In this document: positions 39,850-54,287 of the stretch, one piece after another | Numbering within the stretch: the stretch's first letter is position 1 | Layout of the letters: each line of letters starts with the position of its first letter | Assembly: GCA_964016885.1 (NCBI GenBank) | Contig: OZ024747.1 | Coordinates: 34,658,001-34,722,000 of the forward strand | Direction: 5' to 3' | Source: Eledone cirrhosa | Taxonomy: Eukaryota | DNA: 64,000 nt | Made by a program: the position numbers and the translations under genes | Notes under the pieces: generated by a model | Databases searched by the model: none | What the model was told of the DNA's origin: nothing | Seen by the model: the letters and a program-made list of their open reading frames with translations, nothing else

Positions 39850-42800
39850 TATTAGGTTGGAAATGGAAGGTGGAGTATGCCAGGCAAACGAGCCAGTGGG
39901 AAATGAAGGTGAAGAGGTTGAGAGAACGGAGGAGCCATCCGAAGCAGATAATGATCTGAATGCTGAAATAAATAATACCTGGAACAGAGATACGGCCATT
40001 GAGGAGATGAATGCTGACGGGTTAGGACAAGATTTGGTTGATATCCTAAACTTAGTGGTAGATGAAATGAACAATGATAGTGGGAAACCTATGAACCTAA
40101 GATTTGTAGACAGGAAAAAGTTAAAAGAAACAACAGCTAAGGTAAACAAAGTCATCCCATACCTTGAGGCGAGGAGCCTTCACCAGTGCAACAATATCCT
40201 CAAAGCAACAGCAAATGCGGTGAGGAAATTACTTGGCATAAAAACGAGAGGAAACAACAAACAAGAAAAATCAGAACCTTGGTGGAAGAAACGACTGAAT
40301 GGTCGAATCAGGGAAATGAGAAATGACATTGAAAAGCTTGAGTCCCTACTGAATGGGACACTAAAAAACATAGACACTAAAAATAGACTGGAAATAAAGT
40401 ACAAAACTAGGAGGAAAAAGCTAAATAATATCATAGAGGAACTCAAGCAACGCATTGAAGCAAAGAGTGCAAAAATTAAGCGATACGAGAGCAGAGTCAG
40501 TCAGTATAGTCAGAACCGCATGTTTGACAACAACCAGAAGATGCTGTTTGGACAGCTTGAATGGAAAGAAAGAGGCAACGACTTGATCACTGAGGAGGAA
40601 CAAACTAAGACATTCTGGAGAGGAATATGGGAGCAGGATGTTAAACATAATGAGAAGGCAGTGTGGATTGAGACAGTACAAAAGGAGATTAGTGAACAGG
40701 CACACCAACAAACTGATTTGGGTATCACGGTTGAAACTCTTAAGAGGCAGGCCAAAAAACTAACCAGCTGGAAATCACCAGGCCCAGAGGTATTGGATTA
40801 AACTTATAACATCCCTCCACCCGAAACTGACAACCATGTTCAATGACTGCTTGATGTCAGGTGAGGTACCAGAGTGGTTGACAGAAGGTACCACAGTTCT
40901 GGTAATGAAAGACCGAATCAAGGATAATGATGTTACCAACTATAGACATATCACATGTCTGTCCGTAATGTGGAAACTGCTGAGAAGCATTATGTCTGAG
41001 GAAATCTACCATCGCCTCCACACAAACAACTTGTTACCGGACGAACAGAAAGGATGCCGAAAGAAGTCCTGTGGTACAAAGGACCAGTTAATTATTGATA
41101 ATATGGTAATGAGGAATTGCAAGAGAAGAGACACTGGTCTTGGCATGGGATGGATAGACTACAAAAAGGCATTTGACATGGTGCCTCATTCTTGGATCAC
41201 CAAAAGCCTAGAGATCTTCAAGGTTGCAGATAACATCAGACAGTTGTTGGGAAAAAGTATGAAGTCCTGGAAAACAGAATTAACATCAGCTGGAGAAACC
41301 TTGGGAGGCGTGAAGATCAAGAGAAGTATCTTCCAGGGAGATAGTCTGTCCCCTCTGTTGTTTGTCCTTGCCCTGATGCCCCTGACCATTATACTGCGAA
41401 AAGTGAGAGCAGGATACAAGTTGGGAAAGGGAGAGCTTACCATCAATCACCTCCTCTTCATGGACGATCTTAAGCTCTTCGAGAAGGGTGAGAAGGAGTT
41501 GGATGTGCTTGTTGACACTGTCCGTATTTTCAGCAATGATATATGTATGCAATATGGTATTAGTAAGTGTAGAGTCCTTGAGATGAAATGGGGTAAATTG
41601 AGCAGAAGTAACGGAATCCAGGTACCAACAGGTGAGATGATAAAGGAAATTGACACTGAAGAAGGATACAAGTATTTGGGTGTTCTGGAGGCTGATGACA
41701 TCAAGAACAAAAAATGAAGGAGTTGATAAGATCTGAATACATTCGGAGAGTAAGGAGCGTATTAAAGTCACATCTGAACAGTAGGAATGCCATAAGTGCA
41801 GTAAATTCCCGAGCTGTGTCTATTATTAGGTAGAGTGCGGGAATTCAGAGATGGAATGTTGCTGAACAAAAATAAATGGATAGGAAGACTAGGAAGCTAT
41901 TGACTATCAACATGTTCCACAAGAGGAGTGATGTCGATAGTCTATAGTTAAGGAGATCTGAAGGTGGAAGAGGTCTTATCAGCATAGAGGACAGTGTTCA
42001 GATGGAGAAACACAACCTACACAAATACGTGACTGATAGTAAGGAGCAAATGCTCAGAGTTGTACTGTAGGAGAGGACAATAGACCAGGGGATGTCCAAA
42101 GAAGAAATAACAACAAGGAGAAAGAGCAGCCTTCATGAAAATTCCCTTCATAGTACCCTCTTTGAGAAAGCTGAATTTAGAGATCCACAGACATGGAATT
42201 GCTTGAAAAGAGGAGACCTTAAAAAGGCTACAGAAGGAATGCTAATGTCTGCGCAAGAGCAGGCCCTCGAAACGAAGTGGTTGAAACACCATATTTACAA
42301 GGAGGAGGCTAGCCCACTGTGCAGGATCTGTGGAGTGAGAGGTGACTGTGGATCACATTGTATCCGAGACGAAACACCTAGCCCAGACACACTATTAGGG
42401 CTGGAAACATGCTGTGTTGATCCACTAGCACCTATGCAAAGTAAACAATTTACCACATTCTGAGAAGTGGTATGAGCATAAGCCAGAGTCGGTGATAGAA
42501 AACGATCAAGTGAAGGTGCTGTGGGATTTTAGGATACAGACTGACAAGAAACTGGAACACAACAAACCTGTCCTGGTGGTTTTGGACAAGGAAAAAAGAT
42601 CGTGCCTGATTGTGCATGTGGCCTGCCCATTCGACACGAGAGTGCAAGAGAAGGAGAGGGAGAAGATTAACCGATACCAGGACTTAAAGTGGTAAAAAGG
42701 ATTTGGAACTGCCATGAAGTCAAAGTGATCCCGATTGTCATAGGCGCACTAGGTACTATCTCAAAAAGTTTCCAGGGATGGTTAAAGAAAATTGGCCCCG

Positions 42801-42950
42801 CCACGCTTTTTGGAACCCTTCAAAAGGCATGCTTGCTGGGAACAACAAGAACCCTCCGATACGTCCTGAATATCTGAGGCTGCAGGTAGTGGCTTGATAT
42901 TCATTTCAACAACTTTCCAGTTAACTAACATCAATGACTGAGACTCAAAG
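39850..42950 (+). mobile_element. 5'-truncated decayed R4/Dong-like LINE
   Basis: ORF pieces 39857-40801, 40836-41717 (RT: IFQGDSLSPLLF, LFMDDLKL, YKYLG) and 42092-42877 (CRIC, RLE); ends in (AAT)n. Confidence 0.92.
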
Positions 42951-43597
42951 AAAAATAATAATAATAATAACAACAATAATACTATAGGGAAGAATACGCA
43001 CATGTTGTGGATCGCTCCCGTAAATTTTTGATTTTTTACATATTTAAAACAATTGTGATAGAATAATTATTATTACAAATGGGACATAAGATACCAGTCT
43101 TAACACTCAGGAAGTGAAAACGCATAACATTATGGCATAGGGCTCCAATATTTAATATTTAATTTTGTATCAGAAATGTTATAGTCAAAAAAGAAAATGG
43201 TTACAAATGCTCACAAATGAAAGAAAACAACAGCCAAATAATTTTACCACCACCACCACCACCGCCGCCGCCACCACCACCACTACCACAAACAATTTAG
43301 CTAGATACAAACCAAGAGCATCACTACAGTACTACTATCCCATCACCTCCGTCAACACTGCATCATCGGTACGACTACTATTCCCTCACTACCTCCTGTT
43401 AAGAGAGGGATGGTAGTAGTTCCACTACACATGAATAGAATGGAGGAAGTCACCAAAATATATAAATAGACTGATTTAGTGACCCTGTCAAACAGCTAAC
43501 AACAACGCCATAAAAATTATTGTTGTTGTATCTCTAAACTCTCTCAAAATGTTGAATTTAAACGATGTCAAATCTAAACTATAATATAATAATATTA

Positions 43598-43870
43598 AAT
43601 GTTTCTACTGTTGGCACAATGCCAGCAATTATCCCAGTGTATTATTGGTACTTTATTTTATCGACGCCATAAGGATGAAAGGCAAGGTTAACCAAGGCAA
43701 TAATAATTGTTTCTACTTTTGGCACAAGACCAGCAATTTCTCAGTACATTACTGGTACTTTATTTTATCGACCCCGTAAGGATGAAAGGCCAAGTTGACC
43801 TCTGCAGGATTTGAACTCAGAATGGAAAAGACCGTAACTCTCTGCGTCAAAGCATGGTCCCCGACTCTCT
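43598..43870 (-). mobile_element. Two adjacent SINE copies
   Basis: Reverse complement cores at about 43598-43700 and 43703-43870. Confidence 0.8.
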
Positions 43871-44591
43871 AATAATGATAAGCAACAAGTCGAAAAATTA
43901 CAGGACAGAACACAGACAAAACAAATGCAACTACAAAAGAAAAACAAATTTCAAAAGTTTTGAACGCAACAACCACTATTTATCTCGTAGCTAAAATCAA
44001 AAACAGCAGCAGCAGCAACAACAACACTAGTAACCGATATTATTGGCCTTGAAAAACAAAAACGAAGAAAAAAAAAAAGAAAAATAAGTCAGACATTCAA
44101 ACATTAAAATGAAACTTATGTTTATTTTTTAAAGTTTTTATCTATTTATTTGTTTATTTATTTGTGTTCGTATACAGCATGATGGTGCCACGCTAAAATC
44201 ACCGGGATGATGAAATCACCGGTGGTTATGTAACCATACATTCACCAATCCTTGATATGAGTGTTTAAATGTCGTACCTAAACAGTGCGAATAACGGTGA
44301 AGAGGAGTCTGGAACGTCATGTGAAAGACTCACCCAGCAAGTGCTCCCTGGCCCAGCAGCAGGGACCTGGCTGCCATCCAAATATTGCTGGTATTGGAGG
44401 AAGAAGAAGAAGGAAAGGGAAAAGAACGAACTGGACAAAAGAATTGAATAAAACTGTCATGGAATGTTATATGAAGAGTAACCCATGGCAAAAGGCTATA
44501 GGAAACGGATTAATAACATCTGGAACGAGATTGTTTGATTTAAATTAGATGAACAAAAATTGGCCGAGCAGGCTCAGGTAATAAGAACTAA

Positions 44592-44783
44592 TAATAATTG
44601 TTTCTACTTTTGGCACAAGGCCAGCAATCATGCAGTACATTAGTGGTACTTTATTTTATCGACCCCGTAAGGATGAAAGGCAAAGTTAACCTCGACGGGA
44701 TTTGAACTCAGAATGGCAATGGCCGTAACTCTATGCGTCAAAGCATGGCGTCCGACCCTCTACCGATACTGCCAGTCTACCAA
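44592..44783 (-). mobile_element. Full SINE at the LINE deletion junction
   Basis: Reverse complement of 10679-10866; AATAAT on both sides. Confidence 0.88.
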
Positions 44784-46669
44784 TAATAATACCAGCTACT
44801 TATTGATAAGATGGTAATGAGGAATTGCAAGAGGAGACACACTGGTCTTGCAATGGGATGGATAGACTACAAAAAGGCATTCGACATGGTACCTCATTCT
44901 TGTATAACCAAAAGCCTAGAGATCTTCAAGTTGGCAGATAACATCGGACAGTTGTTCAGCAAAAGTATGAAGTCCTGTGTAACAGAGTTAACATCGGGTG
45001 GAGAATCCTTGGGAGGCGTGAAGATCAATAGAGGTATCTTCCAGGCAGATAGTTTGTCCCCTTTGCTGTTTGTCCTTGCCGTGATACCCCTGACCATTAT
45101 ATTGCGAAAACTGAGAGGAGGATACAAGTTAGGAAAAGGAGAGGTTACCATCAACCACCTCCTCTTCATGGACGATCTTAAACTCTTTGGGAAGAGTGAG
45201 AAGGAGTTGGATGTACTTGTTGACATTGTCCGTGTTATTAGCAGTGATATATGTATGAAATTTGGTATCAATAAGTGTTGAATCCTAGAGATGAAGTGGG
45301 GGTAAATTGAGTAGAAGCAACGGAATCCAGGTAACAACAGGTGGGATGATAAAGGAAATTGACACTGAAGAAGGACACAGATATTTAGGAGTTCTGGAGG
45401 TAGATGACATCAAGAACAAAAAAAATGAAGGAATTGATAAGATCTGAGTATTAAAATCACGTCTAAATAGTAGGAATGTCATAGGTGAAGTGAATTCACG
45501 AGCTGTGACTATTATTAGGTACAGTGCGGGAATTCTGAAATGGAATGTTGCTGAATAAAAAGAAATGGATAGGAAGACTAGGAAGCTATTGACTATCTAC
45601 AATATGTTCCACAAGAGGAGTGATGTTGATATACTCTACTTATAGAGATCTGAAGGTGGAAGAGGTCTTAATAGCATACAGGACTGTGTTCAGATGGAGA
45701 AAAGCAACCTGCACAAATACGTGACAGACAGTACGGAGCCAATGCTCAGAATTGTACTGTAGGAGAGAACAATAGACCAGGAGATGTCCAAGGAGGAAAT
45801 AACAACGAGGAGGAAGAGCAACCTTCATGAAAAAGTCCCTTCATAGTACCTTCTTTGAGAAAACTGAATTTAGAGATCCACAGACATAGAACTGGTTAAA
45901 AAGAGGAGACCTTAAAAAGGCTACAGTAGGAATGCTAATGGCTGCGCAAGAGCAGTCACTCAAAACGAAGTGGGTGAAACACCATATTTACAAGGAGGAG
46001 GCTAGCCCACTGTGTACGATCTGTGGAGAGAGAGGAGACTGTGGCTCACATTGTATCCGAGTGTAAACACCTAGCCCAGACTCACTATAAAGACTGGAGA
46101 CATGATGTGATGGGCAGGGTGATCCACTGGCACCTATGCAATTAAACAATTTACCACATTCTGAAAAGTGGTATGAGCATAAGCCAGAGTCGGTGATAGA
46201 AAACGATCAGATGAAGGTTCTATGGGATTTTAGGATACAGACGGATAAGAAACTGGAACCCAATAGGCCTGACCTGGTGGTTTTGGACAAGGAAAAAAGA
46301 TCGTGGCTGATTGTAGATGTAGCCTGCCCATTCGACACGGGTGTGCAAGAAAAGGAGAGGGAGAAAATTAACCGATACCAGGACTTAAAGTGGGAAGTAA
46401 AACGGATTTGGAACTGCCATGAAGTTAGAGTCGTCCCGATTGCCATAGGCGCACTAGATACTATCTCAAAGAGTTTCCAAGGATGGTTAAAGAAAGTTAG
46501 TCCAGCCCCGATTTTTGGAACACTTTAAAAAGCATGCTTGCTGGTAACAGCAAGAACACTCCGATACGTCCTGAATATCTGAGGCTGCTGGTAGAGGCTT
46601 GATATTCATTTCAACAAACTTTCCAGATAAATAACATCAATGACTGAGACTCAAAGAACAATAATAATA

Positions 46670-46810
46670 ATAATTGTTTCTACTTTTGGCACAAGGCGAG
46701 CAAAAATCCAGTGTATTACTGGTACTTTATTTTATCGACCCCGTAAGGATGAAAGGCAAAATTAACCTCGGCGGGTTTTGAACTCAGAATGGTAAGGGCC
46801 GTAACTCTAA
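46670..46810 (-). mobile_element. SINE in the (AAT)n tail of the LINE
   Basis: Reverse complement core and B box. Confidence 0.82.
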
Positions 46811-46811
46811 T

Positions 46812-49800
46812 GATTTATGTATTGGCCACAAGGGCTGACACCAAGAAAAACGTTACAGACGGCACATGACGGTACAGGACGGTACGAGTTGGGTTTTGTG
46901 CGTGTAAAGATTTTTTATTATTTATATAAGAAAAAAAAGACATAGAAATATGTATATATATAAACAATAAAAATTAAAATTAAAACAATGAACAATTCCC
47001 CAATAGGGGGGACACCTCAAAGGGTTAGTCATGCCGAAAACTACACAAAAGACCACGGCCACCCTGACTACCAGAGCAAGAGCGCTCTCTCAATTTTACC
47101 ATTTCTCAAACTACAGGCGTATATTCAGAGCGGTCCCGTTCACTCGGACCATTCTCGCTACATTCACCCACCTTTCAACAAACTTACTAGAAGACAGCAC
47201 TTGCCTCTCCACCCTGATTTTCCTCTTCAAATGAAACTTGAAAAAGTTAATCAGGGATTGGGCGGAGAGGAAAGTGTCCGTCTTCAGCCCTTTCATTCTT
47301 GTCCACTACACAATCTCTTTCGCCATAGCCACCAGGCAGATGAAAACTGCCTGCCCTTCCACCTCTTTAAAGGAGTATGGCGGGGCTATCTGCACAATGG
47401 ACTCAGTCGATAACCGTATCCGTCCTACACGCGACAGCAGCTGTTCGACATAGCTCCACAAGTCAGCAATCCTCGGACACTGAACCAGTGCGTGCAGGAC
47501 AGTTTCATCGCCCTGCTCGGATCTCGGACAGGCTCGGCTGACAGCACCTCCATGCCAGTAGAGCTTATCCCGAACCGGCAACGCTCCCCGTTAGTACTGC
47601 CAGGCTAGGGATTTCTGGAAGCTGTCTAACGGCAACGGTCTGAAAGTTCTCTTGAAGAGGGCGAAGAGCTGATCGTCTTCGACGCACAGTGTCTCCCCGA
47701 GAACGTCGTGGCACTTTCCCTCCACTAGCCCTATATAGAAAGCCGAGGTGGATGTTCCACTGATGCTAGTGCCTAGCCGGTAGAGGGCGGTGAGCGCTTG
47801 GACATATTCGAGCTTCCAAGCGTTATCCCTCGGTCTTTACCTGATCCAGCACTGCAGGTCCGTCAAGGAGACGAGCCGCGGAAAAGCGTGTCTGGCAAAC
47901 GGTGACCACACCTGTTCACCATCAAGGAAGCATCAGCGATGTCTCAGCCTCAGCACATGTTTGCGGATCATCAGCACGGCATGTCTAGTCCACCAAGCAA
48001 CTGTTGTTGACAGCAAATGGATCGTTTGACCATGGGAGCATGTCCCTTCCACAAAAAGCGGAAGAGAAGGCGCTCCATTTTAGTCAGAGTTGGGTGGGGG
48101 CAAGGTACGACGGTTAGACTGTAGCAGATGACGGACACGATGTACGCATTCGTCACCTCCCGACCTTTCAGAGACAGCCTCCTCTCGGCCCATTTCTGTC
48201 TGAGAGAGGACAGCCTGCTCGTCACCTCGCTCCGATTTTTCTGCATCTGGATGTCTGGACCGAACCAGACACCGAGCAATTTAACCGGTCCTTCCGTCCA
48301 GCGCCCCACGACACTGTCGGACGGCATGGACTTGCCTCTCCAGGTGTCGAGTTGGAAGCCTACCGACTTTTCCTGGTTTTTCTTTGCTCTGTCACCGCTT
48401 CGAATTCCTTGAGAGCGGTGCCGAGCATCTGGACGTGTTTGGTGGTCGACACCACCACGGTGACATCGTCGGCGTAAGCTGACACGGATCTCCCGCATTC
48501 CAGTTCGCGTGGGATCCCCCCTCATCATCTCCAATTTGTGTAGTAAAGGCTCTTGGACAAGTACGTACAAGAGGGACGAGAGAGGGAAACCCTGGCGGCC
48601 CGGGTGCATGATGCTGAAAGGCTGTGACTGGTGACCATTGACCCTCACAATCGAGCAAATGTCGCTGTGCATCGAAGCGATCTGGGAATGCTCCCAATCT
48701 GCTGCCTGTTGCAGTATACATCTGCCAAGAGGTCGCGGAACATGTCTGGCATTTACGCATAAAGCTCGTAGGGCAGACCATCCAAACCTGGTGATTTACC
48801 CCTCGTGCAGTCAGACATTGCGTCCCGTATTTCACCAGCTGTTATCGACTTTTCGCAATAGTGCACTGCGGACGTCAAGAGCTGCGGCAGTCCCTCGAGT
48901 TATGCACTGAAGTTCATACACCGATCTGGCCCGTCGCCCCTCCCAAACATTTGAGCAAGGTGCTGCTGAAAAGCCTCACACATCTGCTCAGGATCGAGAA
49001 CATGTGCCCGTTTTGGTCAGGGAAGGATTGAATTGTGGCTTTGTTGCCAGGTCGCGACTCCACCACCCGGGCCCATAGGACAGCTTGTGTCCCCTCTTCT
49101 CTCAGAGCACGTGGTCTAGCTCTGACATCGCAGTCTTCGTGCTTTGCATTGAAGAGTGGTCGAGTGCTAATCTTGCCGCAAACACGTTGGTTGCGATGCC
49201 TGACCTAAACGCCTCTTCTAGCCTTCTAACTAGCTCTCCTTCTACTCTATTTTCCTCTATCTGCACTCCTTTGCTAAACCATATTGAATCTACTCTAATA
49301 TCCTTTTCAGGGTAAACCACCACCTGTTGTTGACGATCGCACCCGTAAACGTACGCTTAACCAATTCGCTTATCCTGTCTCTGTCAGCATTGTGCGCCGG
49401 GAAAGAAGCGTTCAGCTTCCAGTAACCGGGTTCTTGCCTGTGAAGTCTATCTAAGTCGACTTCACAGATCACAAATTTGTGGTCCGAGTAGCCAACTACT
49501 TTAAATTGCTGAGAACCTACGCTAGTCTTATCTGTTTCCCTACCCTATCTAGATACGATCTGGATGACCATTTGCGGTTTGCCCATGTCCACATTGGCAC
49601 ATTCGGATAACCAGTCGATACCTGTCGGACAGTTGAAAACGTCTGAGCAGGTTGGTGAGGCTTTTACATCCTCCTCCCTTGTTTACTACGCCCACATAAT
49701 CCCAGCGTGCATCTAAGATACCGTTCCAGTCGCCCACTAACACTAAAGAACGGGGGGTTCCAAGAAAGGTCTCTAGACGTCTGAAGAAATCTGGCCGTAC

Positions 49801-51175
49801 TGCCCCTTCTGGGGCGTAGACGGCTACTAGTCTGAAAGCATTGCCTTCGCTGCCGGTCATGTCCAGCACCACCGACTTACCTTCTGGGTCCAGGACGATG
49901 GCCCGTATAGCGAGATCCAAGCCTCTCCGAAAAAGCACAGCAACTCCGGCTCCCGCTGCCGGACGGCTGGGAGATGTGTATACATCGTAGCTGCCGAAGA
50001 TCGGTGCGAAGGCTCGTGCTTCAGAGATTCTGGTCTCGCTGATGGTCACCACATCTATGTTTAGACACCTGAGATCGTTAAGCAGGTGGCCTTGCTTCCA
50101 AGATGACCCCAGGCCACGCACATGCATACTGCCTATTCTAAGTAAGGCCGTGTTGGGTGAGGAATGGAGTAAGTGAGAAAGGAACACCTACCCTGATCGT
50201 GTGGGGAAGGGACAGTTGGACCGTCCCTTCGGCTGGTCATGGGTGTCACCAAGATGATGTCGTTGTATATCCTCTTGGTAACTGACCCTCTGAAGTTTGC
50301 AACTTCTTTGGGAAATAAAAAAAAAAAAAATGTTTGTAATGTTCTATTTTAATTTCATTAATGCTTATATTTTTCGGGAGAGTTCTTGGTGTTGGTGGTG
50401 TGTAGTAATTGTTGTCCGTAATGTCTGTGTGCTGCTTTATATGTTCTAAGAGTTCTTTATTTGCCAAGTTTATGGTTGTGCGATGTTTTGGGGGTGGTTT
50501 GGTTTTGTTGCTGTCTTCTTGTGCTGCTCTTTGGCATGTTTGTCTTGTTGTGTTTGCGATGTTGATATTTGTGGTGATGTCGGTGGTGTGGTGGTTGTTG
50601 CTGGTGATGGTGGTAGCGTTGCTGCGAGTCGCCTTGCAGCCTTTACTCCTCTTTGTTTGCCTTCGCTTTTGGAGGGTGAAGCTAAAGTGTTTTCCTTGTT
50701 TGTTTTTTGTGACAGACCGTTTGCAACTTCACTCCTGCCTCAGACTCTATGTCGGATTCCGTGGCCTCTGGGAGGGGTATGTGCTCCACGGCTGTTGATG
50801 GTAGTAGTGGAGCCCACTCCGGCAATTTTGTTACTGATGCAGCTACTGAAATGTAGCTACTGGCGTTGCCGCCACTGATGCTGCTGCTTTAGTTGTCCGT
50901 GGCCTTGGTACGCGTGTCACGGACGTTGCCCTTCTACTCACCGTGGAAGCGACTTCTGCGTGTGTTGCCTTCCCTGCTCTTGGAAGCAGCGGACCAGGCA
51001 TTGGAAGGAGGGTGGGGACCTTCTTCACTGTCTTCTGCGGGCAAAAGACACTGAGGTGACCCTTTGACCCACAGAGATAACATTTTGGACGTCTTCCTTC
51101 CACGCTTATAGGGAGTTGGAGTCCTCCCTCGAGGTCTATGATACCAGGGATAGCGTCGATACATTTCTGGTCAGT
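46812..51175 (-). mobile_element. Decayed Tx1/L1-like LINE (ORF1 zinc knuckle, APE, partly deleted RT)
   Basis: CYLCGSKGHLSVFC (50843-51103); APE 49549-50187 (ISETR, VYAP, GDWN); PGYWKLN; RQGFPLS; YADD; DETVLHALVQC. Confidence 0.88.
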
Positions 51176-51179
51176 TTGT

Positions 51180-51625
51180 ATAAGTATAAGCCACAGTTAG
51201 TGATAGAAAACGATCAAGTGAAGGTGCTATGTGATTTCAAGATATAGACGGTAAGAAATTAGAACACAATAGGCCTGACCTGTTGGTTTTTGACAAGGAA
51301 ACATGATCGTGCCTGATTGTAGATGTAGCCTCCCCCTTTGTCACAAGTGTGAAAGAAAGGGAGAAGGAGAAAATTAACCGATACCAGGATTTAAAGTGGG
51401 AGTTAAAAAGAGTCTGCGACTGTCATGAGATCAACGTCGTCCCGATTGTCATAGGAGCACTAGATACTATCTCCAAGAGTTTTCAAGGATGCTTCAAAAG
51501 GCGTGCTTGGGGGGAACAGCAAGAAGCCTCCGATACGTCCTGAATATGAAGCTGCAAGTAGCGGCTTGATGTTCATTTGAACAAACTTTCCAGTTAAATA
51601 ACATCATTGACTGAGATTCCAAGGA
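51180..51625 (+). mobile_element. R4/Dong-like LINE 3' fragment
   Basis: IENDQVKVL..NRPDLL..EKINRYQDLKW and the shared 3' UTR. Confidence 0.85.
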
Positions 51626-52498
51626 TCAACGATGATGATAATAATAATCAATACGAAAGCTATAATATTTACAAAAGTATTTTTGTAATTTGCAAAATAT
51701 TCTCTGTATTTCTATTTCTTGTGCTCGTGTGTGTGTTTGATCATGTGCGTGATGTCTATTGATGGAGGTAGAGAGAAAGTGATATTGAATGAGAGAGTAA
51801 TGGGGAATTGGAGTGAGTAGCGTTATGTGCTATAAAACTTGACTTGGAATGTTATCTTGCTTCTAACATATTTCCCTGGTAGGGTTCGAGGCAAATATGT
51901 GTGTTTTGATCAAATTATGCTTTTGAATATAAAGGAATCATGTTTTTTCTTTATGTATGATTCTTTCGTTTTTATTTTGTTTGTACTGATTGCAAAAGAT
52001 GTTCATTAGATTCGAGAAAAATACAAAGCCAAAATATAACGCAAATAGGAAAAAAAATTGATACATGTTATTGAAAAGAAATTATTAGATAAATATAAAC
52101 TATAAAAAAAATGAGAAATCAAATGATAGTTCTTTAGCAATAGCAACCATATTTTATAACAATTTTGTTTCACTTCGCCATGTATTAATCAACTGGAACC
52201 AGTTAGACTCAATGTCATATGTTTTATTGCATGGCAGAATCGTGGCAGGAACGTTGGAAAAGTGTTCCGTTATTTCATATCGATGTTTACATTCTGATTT
52301 CAAATAATTTTGTGATCAAATTTGGCTTTCCAAACTTTAAGAAGATCCACCATTATATAGGACAGAACAGGTTTTTAACTGCTATATATTAGGAATATAC
52401 AATTATATTTAAAACCATTAATACATACACGCAAACACGTAAAAATGCAAACACACACTTACAGATATAAACCTGTATACATATACTTATATGTATGC

Positions 52499-52552
<54 letters not shown>

Positions 52553-52554
<2 letters not shown>

Positions 52555-53605
52555 ATATGTTGATTCACCCACTTCGTTCTGGGGGTTTGTTCTTTTGCAG
52601 CCGTTAGCATTATTAATGTAACTTGTTTAAGGTCTCTTTTTAACCAGCTCCATGTCTGTGGATCTCTAAATTCAGTTTTCTTAAAGAAGGTACTATGAAG
52701 GGAATTTTCATGAAGGTTTCTCTTCCTCCCTGCTTTTATTTCCTCCATGGACATCCCCTGGTCTATTATCTTCTCCTTCAGTACAACTTTCAGCATTGCT
52801 CCCTACTGTTTTTCCCCATCTGAACACAGTCCTCTATGCTGATAAGACCTCTTGCACCTTCAGATCTGCTTAAGTGGAGTATATCGACATCACTCCTCTT
52901 GTCGAACATGTTGTAGATAGTCAATAACTTCCTAGTCTTCCTATGAATTTTTTTGTTTGTTCAGTTACGTTAATTTTCAGAATTCCCGCACTATACCTCA
53001 ATAATAAACACAGCTCGGGAATGTACTGCACTTATGACATTCCTACTATTTAGATGTGATTTTAGTATGTTACTTATGCTCCTTATGTATTCAGATCTAA
53101 TCAATTCTTCATTATCATCTCACCTGTTTGTACCTGGATTTTGTTGCCTCTATTCAATTTACTCCACTTCATCACTAGGACCCCACACTTACTAACACCA
53201 AATTCCATACACAGGTCATTGGTGGAAATACTGATAGTGTTAACAAGTACATCCAACTCCTTCTCACTTTTCTCAAATAGTTTTAGATCGTCCATGAAGA
53301 GGAGGTGGTTGATGGTAAGCTCTCCTCTTCCCAGTTTGCATCCTTCTTTCACTTTTCACAATATGAGGGTCAAGGGTATGAGGGTAAGGACAAACAACAG
53401 AGGGGGAAAACTATCTCCCTGGAAGATACCTTTCTCGGTCTTCACGCATCACAAGAATTCTCCACATTATGTTAGCTCTGTTTCCCAGGACTTCATACAT
53501 TAACTTTTGAGTAACTTCTGACGTTGTCAGATTCCTTGAAGATCTCTAAGCTTTTGGTTATCTAAGAATGAGGTACCATGTTCGAATGCCTTCTTGTAAT
53601 CTAAA
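52553..53605 (-). mobile_element. Diverged R4/Dong-like LINE internal fragment
   Basis: DYKKAF, INHLLFMDDLKLF, EFRDPQTWSWLKR. Confidence 0.85.
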
Positions 53606-53647
53606 ACACATACATCTCTCTCTCTATATATATATAAATATACATAC

Positions 53648-53679
<32 letters not shown>

Positions 53680-54287
53680 CAGGTCACCACTTGGTGCTAC
53701 TGGTAACATGTATCCCAGTACAACCTGTCTCGTGGTCGGGTCGTTGGCGACTAAACTGGCAACCCCACCAAGGTGTCTTGGTGAGGAGGGTGACTTTGGA
53801 CATCCTGCAGGACTAAAAACAAAACCTGTCAAAGGGCAAAGGAGCTCTTAAGAGTCAATGGCCATCCAAAATCACTGGGAGAGATGACCCCTTAGCCTTT
53901 GTCAAGGCAGAATTCTAGGAGAAGGAAAACTATGATATAACACCTGCAACCCTGATGGTATCCAATGATGTTGACTTGTTCTTCTTTTTGGTAAATATCA
54001 TCTTGGTTAAGAGAGTGAGACTGGCTTTGTGCAGTGCCTTTGCTCACTATAAAAGCTTCACGGCACAGGCATTGCTTTATATCTGGAGATCTCTCTGCAC
54101 TTGTCGTCACATGGTACCAAAGGCAAAGCACTATGTGTCAATAATTGTCACAAGTGTAGTGTTTGTACCAGAGTTTTCAAGTCGCTGGCTGGACTAAAAA
54201 GTCACACTCGTTCAGCGCATCGGTAGGGGTTCTCCTACATGGATATAAAGTAGTGGCCGTACTCGAAAACGAGTTGGCAGCCACCAT
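53680..54287 (+). mobile_element. Dispersed non-coding element in (TA)n, possibly RTE 5' UTR-derived
   Basis: Longer copy of 37988-38395; contains CTAGGAGAAGGAAAAC, which I recall from mollusc RTE 5' regions (unverified). Confidence 0.55.

Larger units (their letters stand above)
43003..46658 (+). mobile_element. R4/Dong-like LINE with 5' region, internal deletion and nested SINEs
   Basis: 5' region matches the reverse complement of 11350-12151; ATG at 44269; RT at 44811-45281; RLE at 46136-46528; ends in (AAT)n. Confidence 0.88.
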
